Below, piece after piece: positions 20,751 to 32,700 of a DNA stretch of 64,000 bases. Position numbers and translations under genes: made by a program. This DNA is from Nitrospirota bacterium (GTDB lineage Bacteria > Nitrospirota > UBA9217), in contig CAVVUN010000012.1 in the NCBI GenBank assembly GCA_963751455.1, forward strand, positions 352,001-416,000, read 5' to 3'. The notes below the pieces were generated by a model. The model had not been told where the DNA came from. It did not search any database and worked only from the letters and a program-made list of their open reading frames with translations. Within the stretch, counting starts at the first letter, position 1, and each line of letters opens with the position of its first letter.

Positions 20751-21638
20751 CTACTCCAGGGCGCTCATAAGTTCCTCGACATATCTGAGAGATTGGCGGT
20801 CGCTGTCCGACAGGGGCTCGATTTTTTGAATGCCGGCCGCTTTTTTCAAAAGCTTATTTCCTTCAGGGTCGCGGTCCATTTCTATAAAGGCCGATGAGGC
20901 GGCCTTGCTTAATTCAACCGGCATGGCCGGATGAAAGGAGACAATGAACCTGGGCGCCGGCTTTGTCTCATGGATCACTCTGAGCTCGCGTTTCACGCCC
21001 TCGGCAAGTTCATTCCAGTCGTCGGAGCTGAACGCGCCTGCGTCGGCTTTTTCCTGGATGACCCAGAATGCCTGGTTCGTCTCTTCCCCTGCAAAAACGT
21101 AGCGCACCGATGCAGCGTCGTTTCCTTTTTCATCCATCGGCAGCACGGATATGCCCCTCCGCCCGAGGTCCGCCTTGGGGAGTAAATAGGCAGAGGTCGA
21201 TTTGGGGTCTTCAAACACGATGGTCTTTCCCCGTAAGTCGCTTAACTGCCTGATCGGGCTGTCGTTTTTTACGAAAATCACGCTGGAATATTCCCTGTTT
21301 CCTTTCTTCCATACAAGCAGAGAAGGTTTCATCCCCGCCTCCTTCATCATTTCAATCGTTGAAAAAGCGCTTTCAAAAACGACATCAACCTCCTTCTTCC
21401 GTATCTTGTCGAGCATTTGGTCTACATTCTTTGCTACCACGATCTTTCCACTCGTTATCCCGAACTTGTTCAGGCGCTTTGCCGTGTACTCCGCGAGAGG
21501 AGCGTATTCCTTGATCCTTCCGACAGGCTTATCGCTGATTAATCCGAGCCTGAATTGTTTTCCCTGTGCAATGGCGGAAGGGAATGCAATAAGCAGCAGC
21601 ATGAAGACGAGGATGGATTTTTTCGTCAACGTAAGCAT
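20751..21638 (-). CDS. PhnD/PtxB-like phosphate/phosphite/phosphonate substrate-binding protein
   Basis: Signal peptide after RBS aaggagg; YSSVIFVKNDS, DLRGKTIVFEDPKSTSAYLLP, KADAGA. Confidence 0.85.
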   Translation of the reverse strand: MLTLTKKSILVFMLLLIAFPSAIAQGKQFRLGLISDKPVGRIKEYAPLAEYTAKRLNKFGITSGKIVVAKNVDQMLDKIRKKEVDVVFESAFSTIEMMKEAGMKPSLLVWKKGNREYSSVIFVKNDSPIRQLSDLRGKTIVFEDPKSTSAYLLPKADLGRRGISVLPMDEKGNDAASVRYVFAGEETNQAFWVIQEKADAGAFSSDDWNELAEGVKRELRVIHETKPAPRFIVSFHPAMPVELSKAASSAFIEMDRDPEGNKLLKKAAGIQKIEPLSDSDRQSLRYVEELMSALE

Positions 21639-21734
21639 ATGACCTCCTTGAACAGGTAATGAGCAAGGCGATGCCACAAAAACCCAGACAGAAAGAAAAA
21701 ATTTATTGCTGCTCCGGTTTACAACCAACAGCAA

Positions 21735-21820
21735 CCCATCCCCCTCTCCGTCTCCCCCTTGAAGGGGGAGATATAATTACACCCCCTCCCCTTCAAGGGG
21801 AGGGATGGGGTGGGGATGGG
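21735..21820. repeat. Double-hairpin REP (CCCCTTGAAGGGG family)
   Basis: cccatccccctctccgtctcccccttgaagggggag...ctccccttcaaggggagggatggggtggggatggg. Confidence 0.7.
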
Positions 21821-21888
21821 AAAAGAACTCATGTCTTTACTACAGCAATTTTTCTTCGTATTTTCGCGGCTTCGTGGCATAAAAAATC

Positions 21889-23187
21889 TTAAAAATATAT
21901 CTGCATCATCACCTGGTGAATTTTCCTGGTCCTGTCGTTTACCGTTTCCGCGACGCCGGCGTCGAAGCGCGTACTGACGTAGTTATACGACCACTTGATG
22001 CTGTGCTTTGAGAGGTAGTGGTTGAACCCGGCAGTCCAGGTCCTCTCTTCAGTGCCGCTGCTTCCGGCATTCTGGATCGCGTCATGATCGAATATCTCAT
22101 AACGCGCGGCTGGTTCGAGCATGCCATTCAATATCTTAACGGGCAGAAGAAAGCCCAGTTGAGCATAAAAGCCTTTCGGCTCTTCGGTATTTTTGTAGCT
22201 GAATTCCTTCCTAAAGCTTACATACTCTATCCCGCCGGTGAAAGTCCCGGCTGCGGTCTTGTACCTTGTCGCCAGGTCGGCGCCTACGAGCCTGCTGTCG
22301 GCGGCTGCGTCCGCAGCTGCCGTTGTATATTTGACGTTATTCAGAATGCCTGCATTCATACCCACACTGAAGTGATTTTCCTCGCCGATCCCGGTATCGT
22401 CCTTTTTCTTCTCGACAAACGGCGATATCTCCAGTCTTCCGATATAGGCATTGCCCCAGGCATTTTTCTGCACGTCATCAGCATCCGGGTCCAGGTTCTC
22501 GACCGCGTCAAGGTTGTTGGCACCGTCGCCGAAGGCCATGTAATATCTGATCCGCCCGGCAGATAGATCGCCGTGGACCTGGACCTGCGCTTGCTGGTAA
22601 TCTCCCAGCGAGTCTTTTGCCGCCTCTGTCGAGACGGGCCGTTCAATGAGCAGCTGCCGGGAGGATGAAGTCAGCGAGACTCTTGAGAAGGGCAGTTTGT
22701 GCTTGCCGATTTTCAGCGCAAATTCATCCGCAAATATCCAATCCGCATACAGGTACCGAAGTTCGACCTCGTTACTCGGATCTTCCCGTTCGCCGCCTCT
22801 GAAGTCCTGGTCAGCCCGGTCTGCATCGAGAGTGAGGTTAATCTCCATTTCCTTGCCCACGGGCAGACTGCCGAGCTTCTTTTCGATCTCAAGCCTCGCC
22901 CGCCTGAGGAAGAGATCACTTTCTGTCTTATAGTTCGCCTCATCACCGACCAGCAGGTCGCCGTAATCAAGCCGGACCTGCGCCCGAACGTTCATATCGA
23001 AAGGCGCCTTCTGCTTCTCTTTCTTCGTGTCCGGCACAAGCTCTTTCGCTTCGTTTCTGCTGATCACCCCTTTTTCGACCAGTTTATCGATGAGCGCATC
23101 ACGGCCCGGTTCAGGTGTTTCAGCGAATGACCATTGGGTAAACGAAGCAACAATCATTATGAAAGCCGCGAGTACAATCGCAATCAT
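21889..23187 (-). CDS. Outer-membrane porin, OprO/OprP (phosphate-selective) family-like
   Basis: Signal peptide; LIDKLVEKGVIS; FLRRARL; KIGKHKLPFS...LTSSSRQLLIERP; C-terminal QIYF. Confidence 0.8.
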   Translation of the reverse strand: MIAIVLAAFIMIVASFTQWSFAETPEPGRDALIDKLVEKGVISRNEAKELVPDTKKEKQKAPFDMNVRAQVRLDYGDLLVGDEANYKTESDLFLRRARLEIEKKLGSLPVGKEMEINLTLDADRADQDFRGGEREDPSNEVELRYLYADWIFADEFALKIGKHKLPFSRVSLTSSSRQLLIERPVSTEAAKDSLGDYQQAQVQVHGDLSAGRIRYYMAFGDGANNLDAVENLDPDADDVQKNAWGNAYIGRLEISPFVEKKKDDTGIGEENHFSVGMNAGILNNVKYTTAAADAAADSRLVGADLATRYKTAAGTFTGGIEYVSFRKEFSYKNTEEPKGFYAQLGFLLPVKILNGMLEPAARYEIFDHDAIQNAGSSGTEERTWTAGFNHYLSKHSIKWSYNYVSTRFDAGVAETVNDRTRKIHQVMMQIYF

Positions 23188-23365
23188 GAGTGCACCTCCT
23201 ACCAAAGTTAAATGCTGAGCAATTAACGGAATTCAGGTCATATCATAAACATATCAAACCACTCGATTGAAGGCTGAAAGGAAGGGATATGTGACGGCTT
23301 CTTTGGTCCCAAAATAGCGTAACGAAAATGCGGGAATTTGAGTGATTCAGGGTTTTTAACGAACT

Positions 23366-25549
23366 TTATGCCGCCTTTGTGATTAGTTCTCGGAACTTCT
23401 CCGCAGGCAGCGGCCTGCTGAACAGATATCCCTGCGCCTCGTCGCAGTCGGCGGAACGAAGGAAGGCGAGCTGCTCCTCGGTCTCCACTCCCTCGGCGAC
23501 CGTTTTTATTCCCATCTTGCGCGCCATCGAAGTGACCGCGCTGATGATCGCCCGGTCGTCGGGGTCATTCACGATGTCCTGGATGAACGATTTATCGATT
23601 TTGATACGCTCTATCGGCAGTTTCTTGAGATAGTTGAGCGACGAATAGCCCGTCCCGAAGTCGTCGATCGAGACATGCACACCCATGTCCCGAAGCTCCC
23701 GCAGTTGAGATGCCGTCTGCCCGACATCGCCCATGGCAGTGCTTTCCGTCACCTCCAGGTCGAGGCAGTCCGGCTCCATGCCGGTTTCCTTCAAGATCGC
23801 CGCTATCCTGTATACGAGGTCCGGTTTTTCGAACTGGCGCGCGGAGAGATTTACCGTAACACAAACCGGAGCCAGGTCCGAATCGATCCAGGACCTGACC
23901 TGGGCGCACACGGTCTTCAAGACCCATTCGTCTATTTCCGTGATGAAGCCTGTGTCTTCCGCCTGGGCAAGGAACCGGTCCGGCGTGAGGAATCCCTTTT
24001 CCGGGTGCTGCCATCTGACCAGCGCTTCGGCGCATATCATCCGCCTATTTTGAATGTCGACCTGAGGCTGGTAATAGATGACCAGTTCCCCCATGGCTAT
24101 ACTTCTGCGCAGCATGTTTTCAAACCGCATGCGTTCAAGGGACCTGACATTGATGGCCGAATTGTAGAACCGGAAGGTGTTCCTTCCGCTTTCCTTTGCG
24201 TGGTACATGGCGATATCGGCATATCTGAGCAGCGTATCGATTTCCGTGCTGTCGTCGGGATAGACGCTGATGCCTATGCTCGTGGTCACATTCAGCTCAT
24301 TCCCGGAGATCGAGAAGGGTGACCGGAAACGCCTGATTATTTTTTGCGCGATATCGCTGACGTCTTCCGGACGGGCGATATCGGCGAGAATGATGTTGAA
24401 CTCGTCCCCGCCGATCCTTGCTACGGTGTCCGATGCGCGGACTGTTTCCCTGAACATGCCTGCGGCCTGTTTCAGCAACTCGTCCCCGACATCATGGCCC
24501 AACGTGTCGTTGATTTCCTTGAACCGGTCCAGGTCCAGAAACAAAATCGCAAGCTTCCTTCGGTTCCGGCGAGCCTGCGCAAGCTCAAGATCGGCAATAT
24601 CTCTGAACAGCCGCCGGTTCGGAAGCCCGGTCAGCGTATCGTGATGGGCCAGATGCCTGATCTCCTCTTCCATCCGTTTGCGTTCGGTGATGTCCCGCAC
24701 GATGCCTATCGAGTGCCATTTCTCTTTAATCTTCAACGCAGCCAGCGAAAGCTCAACGGGAAATGCCGTGCCGTCTTTTCTTATTGCCTCAATTTCATAT
24801 AGCGCCCCTACATACGGCCCCTCTCCCGTTACCCTGAATACCTCAAAGCCTTTTTTATAAGATTCCCTGAGGTGCTCGGGCACGACCAGCAGGTGCATGT
24901 ATTCGCCCAGGGCCTCGCCGGAAGTATATCCGAACAGCTTCGTTGCCGCCTCATTCCAGAATGAGACCTTCCCGTCGTCATCCATGATGATGACCGCATC
25001 CGGCGCGGTCGCGGCAATGCCGCGGAACCTGTATTCGCTTTCGCTCAGCGCCTCTTCCGCCTGCTTGCGCTCGGAAACATCGCGGATGACGGCCATGACG
25101 ACAATATCGTCCCCGGCTTTCAGAGGTCCGAGGGCGATATCCACGGAGAATTCGCTTCCATCCTTTTTTCTGCCGTAAAGCTCCAGCCCCGTGCCCATCG
25201 GCCGGATACGGGGCCCGGACATATACTTCCTGCGATGCTCTTCGTGTATTTCCCTGAAGCGTTCCGGCAAAAGGATTTCATGATGGAGATCCGTCAATTC
25301 GTTCCTGGAATAGCCGAATAATTTCTCAGCCTGTTTATTGACCCTGATGATCTCGCCGCCCCGCCCGACAACGATGATGGCATCAGGAGCGAATTCGAAT
25401 AGTCCTTCGAACATTGCCCTGGTCCGGGTGAGTTCCTCCTGGTACTTCCTTTTGTCCTCCTCGGACCGTTCCAACTCAGTAATTCGGGAACGCAGCTCGG
25501 TCAGGTCCCTTATAAGCTGCTCTTTCGTAACATCTTCAGGTTCTTTCAT
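23366..25549 (-). CDS. PAS-PAS-GGDEF-EAL (paralogue 3)
   Basis: Start reassigned to MKEPEDV (RBS gagg); FixL-like PAS; RASD...GGDEF; EAL; DDFGTG. Confidence 0.92.
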   Translation of the reverse strand: MKEPEDVTKEQLIRDLTELRSRITELERSEEDKRKYQEELTRTRAMFEGLFEFAPDAIIVVGRGGEIIRVNKQAEKLFGYSRNELTDLHHEILLPERFREIHEEHRRKYMSGPRIRPMGTGLELYGRKKDGSEFSVDIALGPLKAGDDIVVMAVIRDVSERKQAEEALSESEYRFRGIAATAPDAVIIMDDDGKVSFWNEAATKLFGYTSGEALGEYMHLLVVPEHLRESYKKGFEVFRVTGEGPYVGALYEIEAIRKDGTAFPVELSLAALKIKEKWHSIGIVRDITERKRMEEEIRHLAHHDTLTGLPNRRLFRDIADLELAQARRNRRKLAILFLDLDRFKEINDTLGHDVGDELLKQAAGMFRETVRASDTVARIGGDEFNIILADIARPEDVSDIAQKIIRRFRSPFSISGNELNVTTSIGISVYPDDSTEIDTLLRYADIAMYHAKESGRNTFRFYNSAINVRSLERMRFENMLRRSIAMGELVIYYQPQVDIQNRRMICAEALVRWQHPEKGFLTPDRFLAQAEDTGFITEIDEWVLKTVCAQVRSWIDSDLAPVCVTVNLSARQFEKPDLVYRIAAILKETGMEPDCLDLEVTESTAMGDVGQTASQLRELRDMGVHVSIDDFGTGYSSLNYLKKLPIERIKIDKSFIQDIVNDPDDRAIISAVTSMARKMGIKTVAEGVETEEQLAFLRSADCDEAQGYLFSRPLPAEKFRELITKAA

Positions 25550-25566
25550 GTGGACCTCTGTGAGCA

Positions 25567-25730
25567 AAGAGCATGGCGCAGAGCGCAAAGGGTTAAAACG
25601 CTATGCGCCATGCGCTATGCAGGTTGCTCCCTCATCCCTCCACTCCGCAATCCGCACTCCGCCTGCACCCAGCGTTTACGAGTGCGTAAGCGCGAGAGCA
25701 GGGTGTGAGGGATTCCGCACTCCGCACTCA
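25567..25730. repeat. Heptamer hairpins (GCGCTAT/GCGCCAT; TCCGCAC) with nested CCTGCACCCA element at 25661-25706
   Basis: agagcatggcgcagagcgc...cgctatgcgccatgcgctatgc; ctccgcaatccgcactcc[element]...ttccgcactccgcactc. Confidence 0.7.
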
Positions 25731-28700
25731 CTTCACCAGTTCCCGGAATTTATCCGCCGGCACCGGCCTGCTGAACAGAAACCCCTGCGCCTCATCGCAG
25801 TCAGAATCCAGCAGGAAGGCAAGCTGCTCCTCGGTCTCCACTCCCTCGGCGACGGTCTTGATCCCCATCCTGTGCGCCATGCAGGTAACCGCGTCTGATG
25901 ATCGCCCGGTCATCCTGGTCCGTCACGATGTCGCGAATGAACGATTTATCTATCTTGAGCCGCTCAATCGGCAGTTTCTTGAGGTAATTGAGCGACGAAT
26001 AACCCGTCCCGAAGTCATCGATCGAAATATGCACTCCCATCTCCTGCAGTTCCCGGAGTTGAGACGCGCTTTGCTCGACATTGCTCATGGCCGTGCTTTC
26101 CGTAACCTCCAGGTCCAGGCAATGCGGCGACATGCCGGTTTCCTGAAGGATTGTCGATATCATATTCACCAGTTCCGCGCTTTGGAACTGGCGACTGGAT
26201 AGGTTCACGGTAACGCATACGGAATCGAGACCCGAGTCCTTCCAGGCCCTGGCCTGCGTGCATGCCGTCCTGAGTACCCACTCGTCTATCGACGTTACGA
26301 ACCCGGTCTCCTCGGCAAGCGGCATGAAGTCTTTCGGCTCAAGAAGCCCTCTGTCCGGGTGGTTCCATCGCACCAGCGCTTCAGCGTAGCGTATTTTTTT
26401 CGACTTGATGTCGATCTGGGGCTGATACAGTACGGAAAGTTCCCCCCGCTTGATTGTCTGGCGCAGCCAGCTTTCAAGCTTCATGTGCTCAAGCGAATGC
26501 ATATTGATGGAAGGATTATAGAACCGGAACGTGTTCCTGCCGCTTTCCTTTCGCATGATACATGGCGATATCGGCGTACCGGAGCAGCGTCTCTGATATC
26601 GTCGCTGTCGTCCGGGTAAATGCTGATGCCGATGCTGGTCGTGGTATGCAGCTCATGGCCATCCAGCATAATCGGCTCCCGAAGGGAACGACAATGATTT
26701 TCTGCGCGATATCGCTGACATCTTCCGCGCGGGCGATGTCGGAGAGGATCATATTGAATTCATCACCTCCGATCCTGGCGACCGTGTCGGCTTCACGGAT
26801 CGTTCTCCTGAACCTCCGCGCGACTTCCTTCAGCAGCCGTCGCCGGCCTCGTGGCCCAGCGTATCGTTGACCTCCTTGAAGCGGTCGAGATCGAGAAAGA
26901 GCGCGGCCAGTTTGCTTCTGTTCCTGCGCGCCTGCTGCGAGTTCGACCTTGAGGATATCAGTGAAGAGCCGCCTGTTCGGCAAACCGGTCAGTGCATCGT
27001 GATGGGCCAGGTGCCGGATCTCTTCTTCCATCCGCTTGCGTTCGGTAATGTCCCTGAAAGTCACCACGGCGCCGACGATTGCGGCCCCCTCGTAAATAGA
27101 CGTGGTCGTGTATTCAACGGGGACAGCGGTCCCGTCCTTTCGCCAGAACACTTCATCTTTCACCTGCCGGGACATGCCGTCCCTCGCGGTTTTATAGATA
27201 TTGCATTCATCCTCGGGATAGGGACTCCCATCGGCCCTGGTATGGTGCCAGACCGTATGGCTGTGTTTTCCCATAAGCTCAGCCGGGAGCATAGCCGAGC
27301 ATCCGCGCCCCGGCGCTGTTCGCGAGAATATGGTTGCCCAAGCTGTCCATCCCGAAAATACCGTCGCCCGCGGATTCCAGGATCAGCTCCGTTTGACGGG
27401 TCATTTTCGAGAGCTCCTGCTCTGCCTGTTTTCGTTCCGAAATGTCCCGTACGATCGCAAGCAGCCGGACGTTGCCGCCAATGACCGCGCGTTTCAGGTT
27501 GACCTCGACCCAAAACAACTCCCCGTTCTTCCTTTTGGCCAGCCATTCGAAAAGCTGCGGATCGCCCTCGACGGCGCGCCGGATCCATTTCATCGAGTCC
27601 TGCCGGGAATACCCCGGCGACCCGGCACTGAGAGCTTCCACGTCCATACGCGTCGCCTCTTCGGACGAATATCCGTACATTTCGGACATCTTCCGGTTTA
27701 CCGCGATAATGGCCCCGGTCTGTATATCATGGATGAAAATAGCGTCGTTGGCCGTGTTGAAGATAGAGCGGTAATTTTCTTCCGATTTTTTCAGCGACTC
27801 CTCGACCTGCTTGCGCTCGGTGATATCCTGGGCAAAACCATAGACTTTTGCCACTGCGCCTGCGGGATCACGGACATACCGCCCGCGCGCCCTGACGATT
27901 CTGACCTCGCCCGTGTCCTGGCGTATGATACGATGTTCGATATCGTAGGGCCTCACTCCTTTGCGCACGTCGTCGAAGGCCTGCTCGATGGCCGGACGGT
28001 CATCCGTGTGGGCAATCTGAAGCAGCTCATCCGGGGTCAGCGTGCGCTTCAGACAACCATGTATAGCCAGCCACTCATCCGAGAAGGTCCACTCGTTTGT
28101 GACGAGGTCCCATTCCCATGCGCCGGAATGCGACAGTTTCTCGGCCTCAGACAGCAGCGTCTGGGTCCTCCGCAGGTCCTCCTCAGCGCGCTTGCGCTCG
28201 GAAATGTCCCGCACAATGCCGACCGCGCACCATTTGCCTTTTAATTTCAATGCAGCCAGGGAGAGCTCTACCGGAAATTCCGTCCCATCTTTTCTTATTG
28301 CCTCGATCTCGTATACCTTTCCAATAAACGGACCCTCCCCCGTGGTTCGGAATGCTTCAAACCCTTTTTTAAAAGCATCGATATGGCGCTCGGGCATGAT
28401 AAAAGAATGCAGGTACTTGCCGGAAATTTCCTCATTCGTATACCCGAACATCCTGGTTGCCGCGTCATTCCAGAAGGAAACATCTCCGTCGTTATCGATC
28501 AGGACAACCGCATCCAGCGCCGTCGAAGCAATCCTGTGAAGCCGCGCCTCGCTCTCTCTCAAAGCCTCTTCCGCCCGCTTGCGCTCGATGGCGTAGCGAA
28601 TGGACCGGAGTAGAAGACCGCTTTCAATCTCCCCCTTGAGCAGGTAGTCCTGCGCTCCGAGCGACAGCGCCTCCGCGGCAATTTTTTCGTCGGCATATCC

Positions 28701-28976
28701 GGTCAGAACAACAACGGGAAGATTCGGCGCCTGGCTCTGAATCTTCCGGAAGGTTTCGATGCCGCTGCTGTCGGGCAGTCCCAGATCCAGAAGCACCGCA
28801 TCGAACCGCTGCGCCCCCAGCAGCTTCAAGCCGGATGACAGCCGGTCGGCGGTATGGAGGAAACAAGGTTCTTCGCACTCAGACATCATTTCGCGGAACA
28901 ATTCGATGTCTGCAAAATTGTCTTCAATAAGAAGAACGCTGACAATTGGTTCCGTTGGCATCATACGCTCCGTCAT
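25728..28976 (-). CDS. REC-PASx4-GGDEF-EAL (paralogue 4), broken by several single-base frameshifts
   Basis: Collinear pieces 27279-28988, 26516-27292, 26481-26669, 25801-26556, 25728-25913; ATGA overlap with the upstream RR stop. Confidence 0.85.
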
Positions 28977-29422
28977 TTGGGCCTGCACGGCAGCTTGACC
29001 ACCGTGAGCCAGAAATCTTCTATCGATCTCACCACCTTCATGAACTGATCGAAACGGACCGGCTTCGTGACATAGCAGTTGGCATGCAATGTATAGGACC
29101 TGCAGATGTCCTCCTCTTCCTTCGAACTGGTCAGGATGACCACGGGAATTGCCTGCAGGTTCGGGTCGGTCTTTATTTCCTGGAGCACTTCTCTGCCGCT
29201 CTTTTTCGGAAGATTCAAATCCAGCAGAATAAGGTCCGGGGAGGGCGCTTCTGAAAAATTATCCTGACCCTTGAGAAACTTCATTGCCTGGACCCCGTCC
29301 GGGACGACATGGAGGTTATTACATACTTTGCCGTCACTCATGGCTTCTTTGACGAGATCAACGTCTCCCGGGTTGTCCTCTACGAGAAGAATGTCGATTG
29401 GTTTTATATTGCAAATGTCCAT
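28973..29422 (-). CDS. Single-domain response regulator (Rcp1-like)
   Basis: [34 protein letters not shown]. Confidence 0.92.
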   Translation of the reverse strand: MDICNIKPIDILLVEDNPGDVDLVKEAMSDGKVCNNLHVVPDGVQAMKFLKGQDNFSEAPSPDLILLDLNLPKKSGREVLQEIKTDPNLQAIPVVILTSSKEEEDICRSYTLHANCYVTKPVRFDQFMKVVRSIEDFWLTVVKLPCRPK

Positions 29423-29477
29423 GTCCTATGTCTCCTTTTGCGTACCTGCTCAGCTCCATTCTAAAGGATGAACAAAT

Positions 29478-29585
29478 TTACCGCGAAGGCGCGAGGAACG
29501 CGAAGGACGTCAAAAACAAAAGAGCTTTTGGTTTTAATTCAGGCCCCCAGGCTTTCCTTCGCGACCTTTGCGTCCTCGCGGTTCA
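29478..29585. repeat. 9-nt periodic MITE-like inverted repeat
   Basis: accgcgaaggcgcgaggaacgcgaagg...ccttcgcgacctttgcgtcctcgcggtt. Confidence 0.7.
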
Positions 29586-29702
29586 AGCTTTTGATTCGGA
29601 GGTCATTCTGTCGCCCAAAGACAAGGTGAATAGTTACTTCTTTGTGATCTTTGCGGCTCCGTGTGATAAATGTTTTTTTACGTTGTAATCAATATGTATT
29701 TC

Positions 29703-32700
29703 TCACATCTTCCTTTCCGGCAAAGTAAAATAGAATGTGGCCCCTTCGCCGGGAATTGATTCAACCCAGATGCGGCCATGATGGCGCTCCACGATTCTTT
29801 TGCACAAGGCGAGTCCTATGCCCGTTCCGGAGTATTCCCCTCGGGTATGAAGACGCTGGAAGATCTGGAATATGCGGTCGAAGTGTTCCGGTTCGATGCC
29901 TATCCCGTTGTCCCGGATTGAGAAGACCCACGCGCGTCCCTCTCTTTTTGCCGCAACGTGCACCAAGGGAGGAGTGTCCGGCTTTCGGTACTTGACGCTA
30001 TTGCCGATGAGGTTCTGAAATAATTGTATAAGCTGGGTCTCATCGCCCGGGAGCGTGGGCAGCTCGTCCCTGGTGATCGCGGTCTTGCTTTCCTGAATAG
30101 AAGTCGTGAGATTGGAAACCGCCAGGGAAAATACCTTATTGAGCTCCACCGGTCCGAACTCGGCCCCGCGCCGGGCAATGCGTGAATAGGCAAGCAGTCC
30201 TTCGATAAGCTTCTGCATCCGTTCCGCGCCGTCCACGGCATAGTGGATGTATTTATCAGCCTTTCCATCCAGCCTGCCTTTGTACTTCTCTTCTAGAAGC
30301 TGGACATAACTCGCGACCATCCTCAAAGGTTCCTGCAGATCATGGGACGCAACATAGGCGAACTGCTCAAGCTCCCTGTTGGAGCGCGCCAGGTCCGCAA
30401 GCAGCCGCTCCCGCTCCTCCTCGGCACGCTTTCGCTCGGTAATGTCCTGTACGAGCGACAAAACGGAGACCATCTGCCCTTTGGCATCGAGCAAGATAGA
30501 GTTATACCACACGCACTCAATTACGGCACCCGACTTCGTGTAGTTGCGGTTGGAGGATACGACCGTGCGTTCCTTGCCGCTGGTCAGCCTCTCCATGGTG
30601 CGGTTAACGATGGGAATGTCGTCCTCGTATATCATGCGCAGATCCATAATAAGCTTGCCCACAGTCTCAGCGGCGCTCCAGCCGAACATCTTTTCCGCTT
30701 CACCTGCCCAGCGCGTGACGTTGAAATCCGCGTCCCACTCGACAACCGCCATCGGCGAGTTCTCAACATGAAATCGCAGCCGCTGCTCGCTGTCACGAAG
30801 AGCTTCCTCAGCTCGTTTTCGTTCTGTGATGACGTCGAATACGGCCACGAAGAATTCTTTTTCCGGACTGTACACTAAGATGGAGAACCACATCTTCAGC
30901 GTCTCGACGAACATTTCGAATCTCTCGGGTTTGCCGGTAAGGGACACTCTGCCGTAAATCTCAAAAAGTTCCAGATCGGCCTCCCGGATACCCGGTATAA
31001 CCTCTGTAACTCTCTTCCCTGCGACATTTTTCAAACCCGTCAGCGTTTCGAATGCATGATTGACCGAGAGATAGATGAAGTCCTTTGGTTTTCCATTCTC
31101 GAAGATCATCTTGCAGTAGGCATATCCTTCGATCATATTCTCGAATAATCCGCGGTACCGTTCCTCGCTTTTCCGTAATGCCTCCTCCGCACGTTTGCGC
31201 TCGGTGATGTCCTGCACCATACCCGCAGACCTGATGATCCTGTCTGTTTCGTCCCTGGCATGCTCGCATTTTTCATGGACGTACCGTATTTCTCCGGTAG
31301 ATTTCCGCACGACCCGGTGCTCGATCTCGTAGGTATTTCTTCCATCCCGCAGCGATCCGGAATACGCTTCGTCCACCGCCGCGCGATCATCAGGGTGCAC
31401 CGCCTCAAGAAAAGCTTCATAGGTTGCATCGAATTCCCGGGGCTGCAATCCGAAAATCCGGTAAACTTCATCAGACCAGGTAAGAACGTTGTTGACGACG
31501 TCGAGTTCCCAGCTTCCGAGGTGGGCAATCTCCTGTGACCTCTTCAAGCGGTTCTCGCTCTCGCGCAGAATCTCCTCCGCTTTCTTGCGATCGGTGACGT
31601 CGACGGTAATTCCAAGGAGAGCAGTTATTTCCCCCGCATTGTCATATAACGGGACCCCATGCGTGTTTAACCATAGTTTCTTTCCCTTCAGGCCGACAGC
31701 CTCAAACTCGAGTGTTCCCGCCCCGCCTCGGAAAACTTTTTTGGTGAGGTTTATAAAGGCGGACCTGTACAGAGAGGAAACCAGGGGATAAATGCTTTTC
31801 CCCTGGACCTGGCCAGGGCCGTCTGCTTCAATTATCTTAAGCCCTGCACGGTTCATTTTCAGCAGGGTGCCGTCTTCAGCCACGAGCTTCACGCAGGCAG
31901 GCGCATTTTCTATAATCGTTTCGAGCTCTCTTTCGCTCTGCTTCAATGCATCTTCCATCATCCTGCGGGCCGCAATCTCGCCTTCAAGATCGCGGTAAGA
32001 CGCCTGTACTTTTTCGGTCATTGCGTTAAATGCTTTCGACAGGTCGGCAAATTCGTCATTGCCTGTGATGTCGATCCTGTGATCGAGGTTTCCCGCTCCT
32101 ATGATCGAGGCCCCGTCCTGGAGCCGCTCTATGCGGTGCGTCATAGTCCGGCCCATAATCCACGAATTGATTATTGCCGCCGCGGCTGCAATGGTAATTA
32201 AAATGATAATGCCGCAGCCTGCCAGTCTGAGGGAGGAAAAGAGGTGTTTTTGGGCGACCTCACGCAGCGTGCGTACGTACAAAACCTTATCATACAGCCG
32301 CATTTCCAACTGGCTAATCAGTCTGTTTTCGGTCTCCCGGGAGAGGGCAATTGACTTTTCGCCGGACTTTGCCTTTTCACGGTTTTCCACGACGGCTGAA
32401 AATAGTTTACCGGTGGATTCCTGATCTTTGATCATCTTGTCTATGACTGCTTTGTCTTCAGCATCCTTGAACTTTTCCGCGGCAGCCTTCAGGAGCGTCC
32501 CGATCTGTTCGTGCCTGACAAACCACTGAACTTTTGCCCGTTCACTGTTGTTCCGCAGATAATCGTCTCTCAACGCACTTCTGTCAAATGCGCTGCTCAG
32601 TATCTCGCCTGAGATTTCCAATTCCTGCACGGTATGTTTAACCTGATCTAAAGCCAGGAAAAGCACGAGGCCTATGACAACAGCCGTGATCACCGAAACG

